Below the pieces are notes generated by a model that ran no database searches, was not told the DNA's origin, and was given only the letters and a program-made list of their open reading frames with translations. Positions 52,475-61,546 of a DNA stretch of 64,000 nt are shown here, one piece after another. Both the position numbers and the translations under genes were made by a program. The stretch comes from an uncultured Gammaproteobacteria bacterium (GTDB lineage Bacteria; Pseudomonadota; Gammaproteobacteria; Pseudomonadales; Halieaceae). Position 1 is the first letter of the stretch. Each line of letters starts with the position of its first letter. Where the stretch lies: assembly GCA_963762235.1 (NCBI GenBank), contig CAVXKH010000006.1, positions 17,699-81,698 of the forward strand, in the 5' to 3' direction.

Positions 52475-53531
52475 CTACAATTTTCTCTCGCGAACATTGC
52501 ATCGGTTTGCGTTGGGGACGCGGGTTATAGGGCAGGCATCCCTGGATCTGGAAGAATTGCTTGCGGTGGGAGGACCCGCACCTGAAATCGTTAAACCTGT
52601 ATTTATTTCTGGTCTGGCCCGTTCAGGCAGTTCCATACTTCTTGGTTCTTTGTACCAGACTCGACAGTTTCGTTCATTGACCTACAGAGACATGCCTTTC
52701 GTATTGATGAGCGGAGTATGGCGAAAGCTGTCTTATGCTTTTAGAACACAACGCGAGGCATCGGAGCGTGCTCATGCCGACCGTTTGATGGTTGATTACG
52801 ACAGTCCTGAGGCCTTTGAGGAAATTTTCTGGCAGACATTTTGTGGTGAACGATACATATTGAAAGATCGACTTGTTCCTCACGGAACCAGCAAGTCCGA
52901 CCGCGGCAATTTCAAAAAATTTGTAGGCCATGTAATCAATAGCCGGGAAAACGAGAGTTGCTCACGCTATTTGTCAAAGAACAACAACAACCTGCTGCGA
53001 CTGCCCACTATAAAAAAGGTTTTTCCCGATGCAATAATTCTTATTCCCTTCCGCGAACCTCTACAACACGCCCTCTCTCTGATGCGCCAACACGCACTGT
53101 TTTTACAGCTCCACGGTGAAGACAAGTTCTCACTCGACTATATGAATTGGCTTGGGCACTATGAATTTGGATTGGGCCATAAGCACTATGTTTACAGTGA
53201 GGAGAGTCAGTTAGCTGCGATGGATAGCAGTCATATTGACTACTGGCTGCGGTGTTGGCTTGAGACCTATGAATTCGCCCTGAAATCGTCGCCTGCGGAT
53301 ACTATCTTTCTGGGCTACGAGCAATTGTGTGAGGGCGCGGACGAAGAGTTCGCTAAACTTTTTGGCGTATTGGACCTTACTTCCGACTCATCTGTAGCCG
53401 CTTCGTATTACGAAATTGCTGAAGCGCGTCCCGTCGAGGGCTACAACGTTGATTTATACGATGCATGTAAACAGTTACACTCAGCGTTGAAGGAGAAGCA
53501 CGGCAAGGTGCTGATCAGCGACCTTGCCTGA
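52440..53531 (+). CDS. PAPS-type sulfotransferase-family protein (cytoplasmic)
   Basis: 5'-PSB-like VFISGLARSGSSIL and 3'-PB-like IPFREPLQHALSL motifs. No TM helix or signal peptide. Confidence 0.65.
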   Translation: MSTYGSELSRPDYNFLSRTLHRFALGTRVIGQASLDLEELLAVGGPAPEIVKPVFISGLARSGSSILLGSLYQTRQFRSLTYRDMPFVLMSGVWRKLSYAFRTQREASERAHADRLMVDYDSPEAFEEIFWQTFCGERYILKDRLVPHGTSKSDRGNFKKFVGHVINSRENESCSRYLSKNNNNLLRLPTIKKVFPDAIILIPFREPLQHALSLMRQHALFLQLHGEDKFSLDYMNWLGHYEFGLGHKHYVYSEESQLAAMDSSHIDYWLRCWLETYEFALKSSPADTIFLGYEQLCEGADEEFAKLFGVLDLTSDSSVAASYYEIAEARPVEGYNVDLYDACKQLHSALKEKHGKVLISDLA

Positions 53532-53571
53532 CCACACGCAGCCCCATGCGACGCGCCTCGCTTCCCCTGGG

Positions 53572-54723
53572 TCAGTTGCGGGGGTAAATCAGCGGGCTCT
53601 GTGCGATCTCTTCAGGCGCGACCACAACACGATGGTTATTCTGCCACTGTAATACATAATTGTGTCGGTCCTTTTGGCGGCCAGTCTGATCGACCTGATA
53701 GGCGCCCACCAGTGCACGGAAGTACATTGTTTTGAGTTGCTCACGCACAGCGTCATGGTCTGTGGTGCCCGCGAGGCGCACAGCCGCTTCCAGAATCTCC
53801 CCTGCGCTATAGCCCATAACCGCGTAAACGCCCGGACTGTAACCGTAGAGCTGGTTAAACCGGTAAGCAAAATCCTGCGCGCCGGGCTGACGTGAGCCGC
53901 GCAACCACTGGACTACGCCGACCACGCCTTCCGCATCGCTGCCAAGTTGATCGCCGAATTCGCGCTGGCCCGGTCCCACGGTGAAACCCAGCATCTTGGG
54001 CTTTACTCCCTCTTCCTTCAGGGCGCGCACCAGCGCTACGGAATCGTCCAGGTAGGAGATGCCGAATACCACATCAGCGTTTACCTTGCCAAGGCGCTTG
54101 GCCAGCGCGGTAAAGTTGCGCTGTTCCGGCGCATAGCCCTCGTCCAGCACTATATGCAAACCACGACTCTCCATCGACTTGCGTGAACTTGCCGCTAACT
54201 CCTCGCCGAACTCGGTGCGCGCATAAATCAGGGCAATGGTTTTGGCGCCCGCATCTGCAGCGACGCGAAGGCCACCCAGATAGTCATCAACCGGAGTGTC
54301 GGCACCGAAAATATTTTTCAGGCCCCGACTCCAGATTTCTTCGGCGGAGGCGGCGGTGGACACCATGGGGGTGTTGTATTTCTCTGCGACCAGGCTGGCC
54401 TTGAGGGTGAGCGATGAAGAGTAGGGTCCGACCAGAAAATCCACCTGGTCTTTCGTCATCAACTTTTCAAAGCCCGCCACAGTGCCAGCATCCCGGGAGC
54501 CATCATCGTAGTGCACTATTTGGACGGGTCGGCCCAGCAGTGCTCCCCGTGCATTCACATCCGCCGCCCACATCTGCAAGCCACGCAATTGCTCGATACC
54601 GAACTCACTGTAGTGCCCGGTCAGTGACTGGGTCGTGCCGATCTTGATGGCCTCAGCCGATTGCGCCGCGCCAGAAAGTGCAAGGGCGAAGGCAAAACAG
54701 GTTAGGAATAAATGTCGAATCAC
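53572..54723 (-). CDS. Periplasmic substrate-binding protein, LivJ/branched-chain-amino-acid ABC type (orphan: no permease or ATPase adjacent)
   Basis: Signal peptide ...ALALSGAAQSAEA, then IKIGTTQSLTGHYSEFG...LLGRPVQIVHYDDGS...FLVGPYSS, typical of the Peripla_BP_6 family. Confidence 0.8.
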   Translation of the reverse strand: MIRHLFLTCFAFALALSGAAQSAEAIKIGTTQSLTGHYSEFGIEQLRGLQMWAADVNARGALLGRPVQIVHYDDGSRDAGTVAGFEKLMTKDQVDFLVGPYSSSLTLKASLVAEKYNTPMVSTAASAEEIWSRGLKNIFGADTPVDDYLGGLRVAADAGAKTIALIYARTEFGEELAASSRKSMESRGLHIVLDEGYAPEQRNFTALAKRLGKVNADVVFGISYLDDSVALVRALKEEGVKPKMLGFTVGPGQREFGDQLGSDAEGVVGVVQWLRGSRQPGAQDFAYRFNQLYGYSPGVYAVMGYSAGEILEAAVRLAGTTDHDAVREQLKTMYFRALVGAYQVDQTGRQKDRHNYVLQWQNNHRVVVAPEEIAQSPLIYPRN

Positions 54724-54737
54724 TTTGGTCCCCGCTA

Positions 54738-55499
54738 TTATTGGAGTACGTCCACTTCACGCTTGGTGGAGAAAAGCCATCGCACCATTTCATACTCGAA
54801 GGCGGAACCGTTTTCATAGTAATAAAAGGCGGTGTTGGCCCGGGTGTCAATTGGGTAGAGTATCGTCGCCCCGAGATTAACAGGATCGGACAAAACCTCG
54901 TCCTTGACGGCGCTTTGGAGATAGAAGTCAGGTATCTTGCCCACGCCATCGCGAAGGTTCGAAGGGCCCAGAAAGGGAATAACCAGGTAGGGCCCCTGGC
55001 CCGCGCCCCAGTAGCCCAGTGTTTGGCCAAAATCCTCCTCCGGTCGAGGAATCTCCATTGCGCTGGCGACGTCCACCAGTCCAAATAATCCCACCGTGCT
55101 GTTGACGACCACGCGCCCGGTACTCTGCAAAAACTTATTCGGGCTGAGTTGCAGGACGGAATTGAACATTGTGGACACATCTTCAAAGTTATTGAAGAAA
55201 TTGTGTACACCGGTGCGCGCAACGCCCGGTACCACAGCCTCATAGCCGCGCACCACGGGCAGGAAGATGATCTGATCGAAATGGTAGTTGAAAATGTAGA
55301 TACGTCTGTTCATTCCCTCCCAGGGATCGTACACCGCCGTGATATCGGCGTGATCTGGTGGCAGTATTCGCTTGGCGATGAATACCGGTTCCGGATAATC
55401 GGCTGCCTGCGGCTGCGGCTGTGGGGCCGCTGCTGCAGGCGCCGAGTAACATCGCCAGACTACCAGCATCGAGATGCGTAGAAGGAACTGTGACATCAC
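54738..55499 (-). CDS. mlaA: MlaA/VacJ-family outer-membrane lipoprotein
   Basis: DPWEGMNRRIYIFNYHFDQIIFLPVVRGYEAVVPGVARTGVHNFFNNFEDVSTMFNSVLQ is the VacJ signature region. The start is GTG 55499 or ATG 55496, which overlaps the upstream stop (TGATG). Confidence 0.85.
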   Translation of the reverse strand: MMSQFLLRISMLVVWRCYSAPAAAAPQPQPQAADYPEPVFIAKRILPPDHADITAVYDPWEGMNRRIYIFNYHFDQIIFLPVVRGYEAVVPGVARTGVHNFFNNFEDVSTMFNSVLQLSPNKFLQSTGRVVVNSTVGLFGLVDVASAMEIPRPEEDFGQTLGYWGAGQGPYLVIPFLGPSNLRDGVGKIPDFYLQSAVKDEVLSDPVNLGATILYPIDTRANTAFYYYENGSAFEYEMVRWLFSTKREVDVLQ

Positions 55500-56836
55500 T
55501 GGTTCCCTCCGTCGGTAAATGCGGCAACCATGTGGGCAACGTTATCGCGGTAATTCATGTTGCCGCAGTGGCCACCGTGAGGATAAATCGTGGCCCTGTC
55601 GCCAAACACGTCGCGGAAAAAGTCGATTTGCCCGGGTTCGAGGATAATGTCGTCAGCATTGTGCATTACCGTGATCTTTTTTGTACTGCGCAGGTAGTCG
55701 GCGATGCTCTTGAGGCTAATTGCGGCGATCATTTCGTCCCGGTCTTCGCCTGGATAATCCGCCTCATAATAAGGGTAGAAAAACTCGTGGTAGTAGTCGG
55801 TAAAGCCCAGTCGCACAGCGACGTTCTTGTAGACAGAAAGATCGCTGTAGCGGTCCAGTGGCAGCCCCTTGGGTTTGATATAGCCGTAATCTGCCATGAC
55901 ATCGGACGTAAATACCAGGGAAGACGACGAGATACGAAATGATGTGCCAATCAGGGCGGCAAGTTGTTCGTTTTTCAGGTCCAGCGCTTTATAGGCTTTA
56001 TAAAGAAAATCGTCACCGGCTGCGTCGGTGGATTCCTTGTACACGCTGGTATAGGCGTGAATAAGGTCGTCAGCGAACTTGTCAAAATTGTCGACGCCAC
56101 CAGGGATGTTCTGGATCATGCGATCCAGAAGCGAAATGGAGCTGTAAATGGATACGGGCGGATTGATCAGCAGCACGTGTTTAAAATTGAATGACTTGCG
56201 CTCTTCATCCAGCTTCGATACATAAGCGGCGTTGAAGCCACCCAGGCTGTACCCCGTAAGGTTGAACGACGTCGCAGTGATGTCCGGCTTGAGTTCGGCC
56301 CAGATCATTTCCATCACGCGATAGAGGTCTTCCGCATCCTTTTCGGCGTGGCCTACCACGCCCGTTTTGGAGGCGGCGGTCACAAAATTGTTAAAGGTTG
56401 GAGAGGAAATCGAGACGACATGAAAGCCGGCCTGGTAAAACGCCCTGGCCATATTGCGGTTCTTGCTGCCATTGTGTGCGGCGCCGGTGCCGGCAATGAG
56501 AAATATCAATGGAGCATCGTGGTTCTGCAGCGCCACGGAGTAGAGTAATTCACTCCCGTAAAAAAATACGTCTGGCGTTACGCGATCAGGGAATATCGTA
56601 ATACGTCTTTCCTTGAAGGGAATGCTCTTTGGCAACTCGGCTTCGAAAGCGGTCGGCGTGCCTACGACAGTGGCCTCGAATCGATCGGTAATCGGGTAGC
56701 CGTAGTTTTCTACGTTGGCGACCGATGGCAGCAAGCGAGAGAGGCGAAACAGGACTGCGCAAAAGGCGGTAAAAATAGCCTGCGTGGATTTTGTTATGGT
56801 CACATGATCCCCGGATCGTTCCCTGAGCGAGCGCAT
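55496..56836 (-). CDS. Alpha/beta-hydrolase (lipase/esterase-like), translationally coupled to mlaA
   Basis: PLIFLIAGTGAAHN, nucleophile elbow NLTGYSLGG, and late MHNADDIIL / YPHGGHCG (candidate Asp and His). ATG 56836 is preferred, because the longer ORF-track start would run into the divergent enoyl-CoA hydratase gene. Confidence 0.6.
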   Translation of the reverse strand: MRSLRERSGDHVTITKSTQAIFTAFCAVLFRLSRLLPSVANVENYGYPITDRFEATVVGTPTAFEAELPKSIPFKERRITIFPDRVTPDVFFYGSELLYSVALQNHDAPLIFLIAGTGAAHNGSKNRNMARAFYQAGFHVVSISSPTFNNFVTAASKTGVVGHAEKDAEDLYRVMEMIWAELKPDITATSFNLTGYSLGGFNAAYVSKLDEERKSFNFKHVLLINPPVSIYSSISLLDRMIQNIPGGVDNFDKFADDLIHAYTSVYKESTDAAGDDFLYKAYKALDLKNEQLAALIGTSFRISSSSLVFTSDVMADYGYIKPKGLPLDRYSDLSVYKNVAVRLGFTDYYHEFFYPYYEADYPGEDRDEMIAAISLKSIADYLRSTKKITVMHNADDIILEPGQIDFFRDVFGDRATIYPHGGHCGNMNYRDNVAHMVAAFTDGGNQ

Positions 56837-56966
56837 GATGGTGGCATGAAAACAGGATTGTGTCACTATGTCCCCGCTGAGAAAAAGGCTCCAGGCGGTG
56901 TCGCCCAAGAGTTGTTTTTGGCACCGCGCTTTTAAAGAGAATACTGACTCCGAACGAGGTTTCCCA

Positions 56967-57768
56967 TTGGCTACAGAACAGGTGCTGTTAACAGAACAAC
57001 GCGGCTCGGCGGAGTGGGTCACCTTGAACCGACCGGATGCCGGCAATGCGCTCAATGCCGAACTGGTCGGCGCGCTGGCGGGCTATTTCGAAGGCCTGCG
57101 GGATCGCGAGGATATACGCGTCGTGGTGCTGAGGGCACGCGGTAAGCATTTTTGTGTCGGTCTGGATCTCTCTGGCGCTGCGTTTGCTGAAGAACAAGCG
57201 CAGCCCACATAACGTCTGGGCACTGCAGCGCCGCATCGCCCGCATCTACGTGGCCATGCGCAAGTGTCCCCAGCCGATTATCTCCCTGGTGCAGGGCGCA
57301 GCCTGCGGTGGTGGCTTCAGTCTTGCGCTGGCCTCGGATATTCGCATAGCCGGGGAGAGTGCAAAAATGAACGCTGCCTATATCAAGATCGGCCTGACCG
57401 GTTGTGACATGGGCAGCAGTTACTTTCTGCCGCGGCTGGTCGGCACCTCGGTGGCATCCGAGCTGTTGCTGACCGGCCGTTTTATTCATGCGCCAAGGGC
57501 GTTGGCCGTGAATCTGGTATCGGAGGTCGTGCCCGATGGCGAACTGGAGCACGCGGCCCAGTCTTACATTGATGACATGATGCTTACCTCGCCCATGGGC
57601 TTGCGCCTTACCAAGGATGCCCTGAACTTCAGCGTGGATGCCTCCAGCCTGGAGGCGGCAATGGCCCTGGAGGACCGCCACCAGTCCCTGCTTTCGCTTA
57701 CCGATGACGCGGTGGAGGCAGGGCTGGCCTTTTTCGACAAGCGCAAACCGGAGTATCGGGACGCGTAG
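56967..57768 (+). CDS. Enoyl-CoA hydratase/isomerase (crotonase) family protein, with one +1 frame break at ~57205
   Basis: ...VTLNRPDAGNALNAELVGAL...VVVLRARGKHFCVGLDL | ...PIISLVQGAACGGGFSLALASDIRIA...FFDKRKPEY. The start (TTG 56967 or GTG 56982) is uncertain. Confidence 0.8.
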
Positions 57769-57879
57769 ACTGCGCCTGCATTGTCTCAGGAATCCACGTG
57801 CACAAGCAGTTTTTCAACCCGCTCAGGCGGATATTGTGTATAATGGCCGGTTCCCCCCTTTGATAAAGGTCAAAACACT

Positions 57880-58080
57880 ATGGCACGCAAACCCACGAGA
57901 GCGCCCGCCAAGAGAAAGCAACCGGCGGCAGTGGAAACTTCACAGTCTATCGAAGAGCAAACCAGGGAGTTCTTGAAGTCTGGCAATAAAATCGATGTCA
58001 TCCAGTCGGGCATCAGTGGCCAGCCCACCATGGCGGTCAACCGGCACATCAAATTGGGAAACAAGACAGCGGCTTCGTGA
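57880..58080 (+). CDS. Hypothetical small basic protein (66 aa)
   Basis: MARKPTRAPAKRKQPAAVETSQSIEEQTREFLKSGNKIDVIQSGISG.... There is only a faint, unverified resemblance to the FL..GG.V..I tail I recall for SutA-like proteins. Confidence 0.3.
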   Translation: MARKPTRAPAKRKQPAAVETSQSIEEQTREFLKSGNKIDVIQSGISGQPTMAVNRHIKLGNKTAAS

Positions 58081-58168
58081 TTGCCAACAGTGCATCAGGC
58101 GGGGTGGTTCGGTGGTATTTACCAGATAGCGCCTTAGCATGCGCCCTGAATAGCCCCGAATATTCCGA

Positions 58169-58196
58169 TTGACATACTCGCAGAGGGCTATATACT
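58169..58196 (+). promoter_or_regulatory. Putative sigma70 promoter of the cold-shock gene
   Basis: TTGACA (58169-58174) - 16 nt - TATACT (58191-58196). It predicts a ~150-nt 5' UTR before ATG 58355. Confidence 0.5.
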
Positions 58197-58354
58197 GCCG
58201 ATTGCTTGTAAGTAGAAAGTTCTTATGTATACCATCTCGAAGTCTCACAGTACGTACCTCGCCCTGTTTTTCATAAGTCATTGCAATCCCACTTCAAGCA
58301 CAACCTGCCTTTAACAAAAGGCGTCAATTATTTTTGAAAGAATAGGAAGTATGT

Positions 58355-58561
58355 ATGGCAACTGTTACCGGAACTGTTAAGTGGTTCAACGAAACCAAGG
58401 GCTTTGGCTTTATCGAGCAAGAATCAGGACCTGATGTATTTGCGCATTTCAGCGCTATCTCAGGCTCAGGCTTCAAGACGCTGGCCGAAGGCCAGAAAGT
58501 CCAGTTCACCGTCACCCAGGGACAAAAAGGTCCCCAGGCTGAAAATATCGTAGCGGTGTAA
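58355..58561 (+). CDS. cspA: Cold-shock protein, CspA family
   Basis: [35 protein letters not shown]... with RNP1 (KGFGFI) and RNP2 (VFAHF) motifs. Confidence 0.95.
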   Translation: MATVTGTVKWFNETKGFGFIEQESGPDVFAHFSAISGSGFKTLAEGQKVQFTVTQGQKGPQAENIVAV

Positions 58562-58575
58562 AACCCGCCCCGTAT

Positions 58576-58611
58576 AAAAAGCCCGCTCTGTAACCAGAGC
58601 GGGCTTTTTTA
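58576..58611. terminator. Bidirectional rho-independent terminator between cspA and the convergent Rieske gene
   Basis: AAAAA-GCCCGCTCTG-taac-CAGAGCGGGC-TTTTTT. The T-run contains the stop codon of the minus-strand gene. Confidence 0.75.
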
Positions 58612-59660
58612 TTGCCCGGTGTTTTCCAGCGGCAGGTAAAATTGTTCATACCAGCGTCGCAGCTTGTTAATCGGGCCGTCCCCGTCGCAGAGAATAGGGT
58701 CCTCCCGATAAACCTTGTCTTTCCAGATCTCCACGTCCTGACCAAAGGCGACATGCGCCATTTGCGGGTATAACTGCGCGAAATCCCGCGTCAGCGGTTC
58801 GTCCGTCAAACTGCTGATGATCACGGCTGAACACAGATCGACTTCATGCTCGTTTACCGGCGTGTGGCAGTTCACCCACCAGCTCCTGAAGCTCACTTCT
58901 GGACTCTTCGATTCGGTGTAGTAGTACATGATGGAGGGGCCGTGGTAGGTTGCATCGCCCCAGGCATCGGCTTCTACGCCGGCTTCGCTGCGCGCCGCCT
59001 CGACATCAAATACCACCCCCGGTGGGATAATCATCCGCGCATCCGGATCGCGCCTGTACGGTCGATAACTGGGTGACGCTGCGCTCCCCGAAGCGGTTTT
59101 CCCAGGACTGTACAGCGCCGCCGTGAACGTGGGGAAAGTGTGCGATATCGACGATATTTTCGATGACGTCACAGGGCTTGGCGCGGATCCGCGAGCGGTA
59201 AAACACCCAGTCGCCCCAGCCTTGCGGGCCCCACTGCGGTATATCCGGCAGATAGTTCTCCGGTTCCTCGCCCCCTCGTTCATACCATAGCGCGATAAAG
59301 CCGTTTTTCTCCAGCACCGGCCAGCCCTTCAGGGCATGGACGGCTTTCTCCGGTATGGTCTTTGCGTAGGGGATGTCCACACACTGCCCCTGCGCGTTAA
59401 ACGTCCACCCGTGAAAAGGGCAGGCGATGTTGTCGCCCCGCACGCGGCCCTCGCCACTGCCCAGGTTGGCACCCAGATGAGGGCAGTGGGCATCCAGTAT
59501 GGCAACCTGGCCGGACTCGCCGCGATAGGCGACCAGGTCCTGTTCAAAGTAGTGCAACTGCCTGACCTCGCCTACCTGTAATTCCTGGGAAAAGAGCACG
59601 ATGTGCCAGCCCCTGGCATAGCGGCTCGGTTCGAGGATAGGCGTACTTCGGCTTACTCAT
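58609..59660 (-). CDS. Rieske [2Fe-2S] non-heme-iron oxygenase, KshA-like (3-ketosteroid 9-alpha-hydroxylase type), with two frame breaks (~59615 and ~59080)
   Basis: [12 protein letters not shown]|[15 protein letters not shown].... Rieske motifs: CPHLGANLG...CPFHGWTF. Iron-site region: [10 protein letters not shown]. The C-terminal part reads in another frame ([16 protein letters not shown]...). Confidence 0.75.
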
Positions 59661-61369
59661 GCTGGTTTCTCTCCTGGGTGCTCTGCCAAACGCGTGCTGT
59701 GCGGCGATGTAGGCAAACGTCATGGCGGAACCGATGGTCGCGCCTGCGCCAGGATACGTATTGCCCACGGCGGCGGCGCTGGCGTTGCCTGCGGCATACA
59801 AGCCTGCAATGACGGCGCCATTGGTATGCAGTACACGGGCGTGTTCGTCGCACAATAGCCCACCCTTGGTATCCAGGTCGCCCGGGTCGCAGCGCAGTGC
59901 ATAGTAGGGTGCTGTCTCCAGCGGGCCGAGGGACGGGTTGGGGCTGACAGTTTTGTCTGCGTAATAGCGATCATGTTGCGTTGCCCGCGACCAAATTCGG
60001 GATCCTCGCCAAGGCGTGCATGGCGGTTGAAGTTGGTGACGGTTTTTAGCAGCGCCGTTCGGTCAATCTGTAGTTTATCCGCGAGTTCTTCCAGGCTGTC
60101 TGCCCGGGTCAGGAGTCCGGATTCGAAATTCGCTGCGGCAAGCCGTCCGTCGTGTTCCACTTTGCCCGGCTTGATATGGCCGACGGCGTATTTACCGCGA
60201 TAGGTAGCGTCGAACACGAGGTAGCACGGAATGGCACCCTCGCCCCTGGCCTCGCTGGCATACTGCGCCTTGATCAGGTCCTCGTAGGGTTGTGCTTCAT
60301 TGGCAAAGCGTTTGCCCTGGCGGTTGACCATGATCGAGCCGGGGTTGGATTTGCCCGCGATCAGGGCCAGCACGCGCCCGTCGGGAATCGTATAGGTGGG
60401 GGACCACCAGGCGCATTCCATAAAGCCCAGCGCGGCGCCCAACTGCTCGCCCATGATCACGGCATCACCGGTTGCGCCCGGCGCAGCGGCGGTCCAGTCA
60501 CTGCCGATAGGTGATTGCTGGTATTGCCGGCGCATTGCGGCGTTGTGGGAGAAACCGCCGGTCGCCAGCAATACGCCGCGCCGGGCGTGTATGCGTTGTA
60601 TCCTACCCTCGTGTTTGACCAGGGCACCACAGACCCGACCATTGTCCTGCAGCAACTCCTGCACCGGTGAATCCAGCCACAGGGGGATATTGCGATCCTG
60701 CAGTGAGAGGCGCAGCCTGGCTACCAGCGCCGGCCCGAGGGTAAGGCGATTGTCGCGCTGGCGTCTTATGCGGCCTGGAATATCCAGCAGATAGCGCAGC
60801 AGCATGCGCAAGACCAGAAAATACGCCCCGGCATCCATCGCCTGCATGCGCTGGCCCTCCTCCACGGTGACGTTGAAGGGCAGCAGTCCATCGTAGTGGC
60901 CCAGTCGGATGGTCTTCGCATCCGGACCCAGCTTGCGCAGGTCAATCGGGGTGTTGTCCATGGAGCGCCCCCCGGACTTGTACCCGGGAAGATGCTCGTA
61001 GTAATCCATGTAGTGGGGCAGGGCGGAATACTCAACATGACTGTGCTGCATCATGAACTGCAGCATTTCCCGCCCGCGCTGTGCATAGGCTCGGATGCGC
61101 GCATCGCTGACGCTGTCACCGATCAAACCCTTGAGGTAGGCGTAGCCTTCCTCCGCGCTGTCGCGCACCTGTACTTCGGCCTGCCGGTGATTGCCGGGAA
61201 TCCAGGCCACGCCGCCGGATTTGGCCGTGGTGCCGCCGTAGACGGGCTCTTTCTCCACTACCAGCACGGAGCCACCCAGCTGGTGGGCCACCACGGCGCC
61301 GGTCATACCCGCGGCACCGGCGCCTGCCACCAGCCAGTCGACTTCCAGGTCTGGATTATCTACGGACAT
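59661..61369 (-). CDS. FAD-dependent 3-oxosteroid 1-dehydrogenase (KstD)-like / fumarate-reductase-type flavoprotein, with one frame break at ~59975; the 3' end is unresolved
   Basis: ATG 61369. [18 protein letters not shown]...[16 protein letters not shown]. After the break: [50 protein letters not shown]...GLYAAGN. That frame has no stop before the Rieske ATG at 59660. A TGA at 59659-59657 is available in another frame. Confidence 0.7.
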
Positions 61370-61546
61370 GCAGCCGCGCCCCCAAGTGTGTGGCGCACAG
61401 TGTGGCAGCGGCTGCCTGGCTGAACCAGCATTCACGATAAATGCCACAGTGCGGTTCAATATTCCGGCCGCAGTGGTTGACCCGCAGCAGGCCCGGACCT
61501 ATGGTCAGCAGGGCATCCGTTAACTCCCTTGCACAGAGATACGACC

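Noticed and set aside
53520-53571. Weak resemblance (ctgaccaca versus cccgaccaa) to the tRNA-Pro 3' end at the distal edge of the sulfotransferase islet
   Set aside because: Only about 8 of 10 positions match over a very short stretch, which is indistinguishable from chance.
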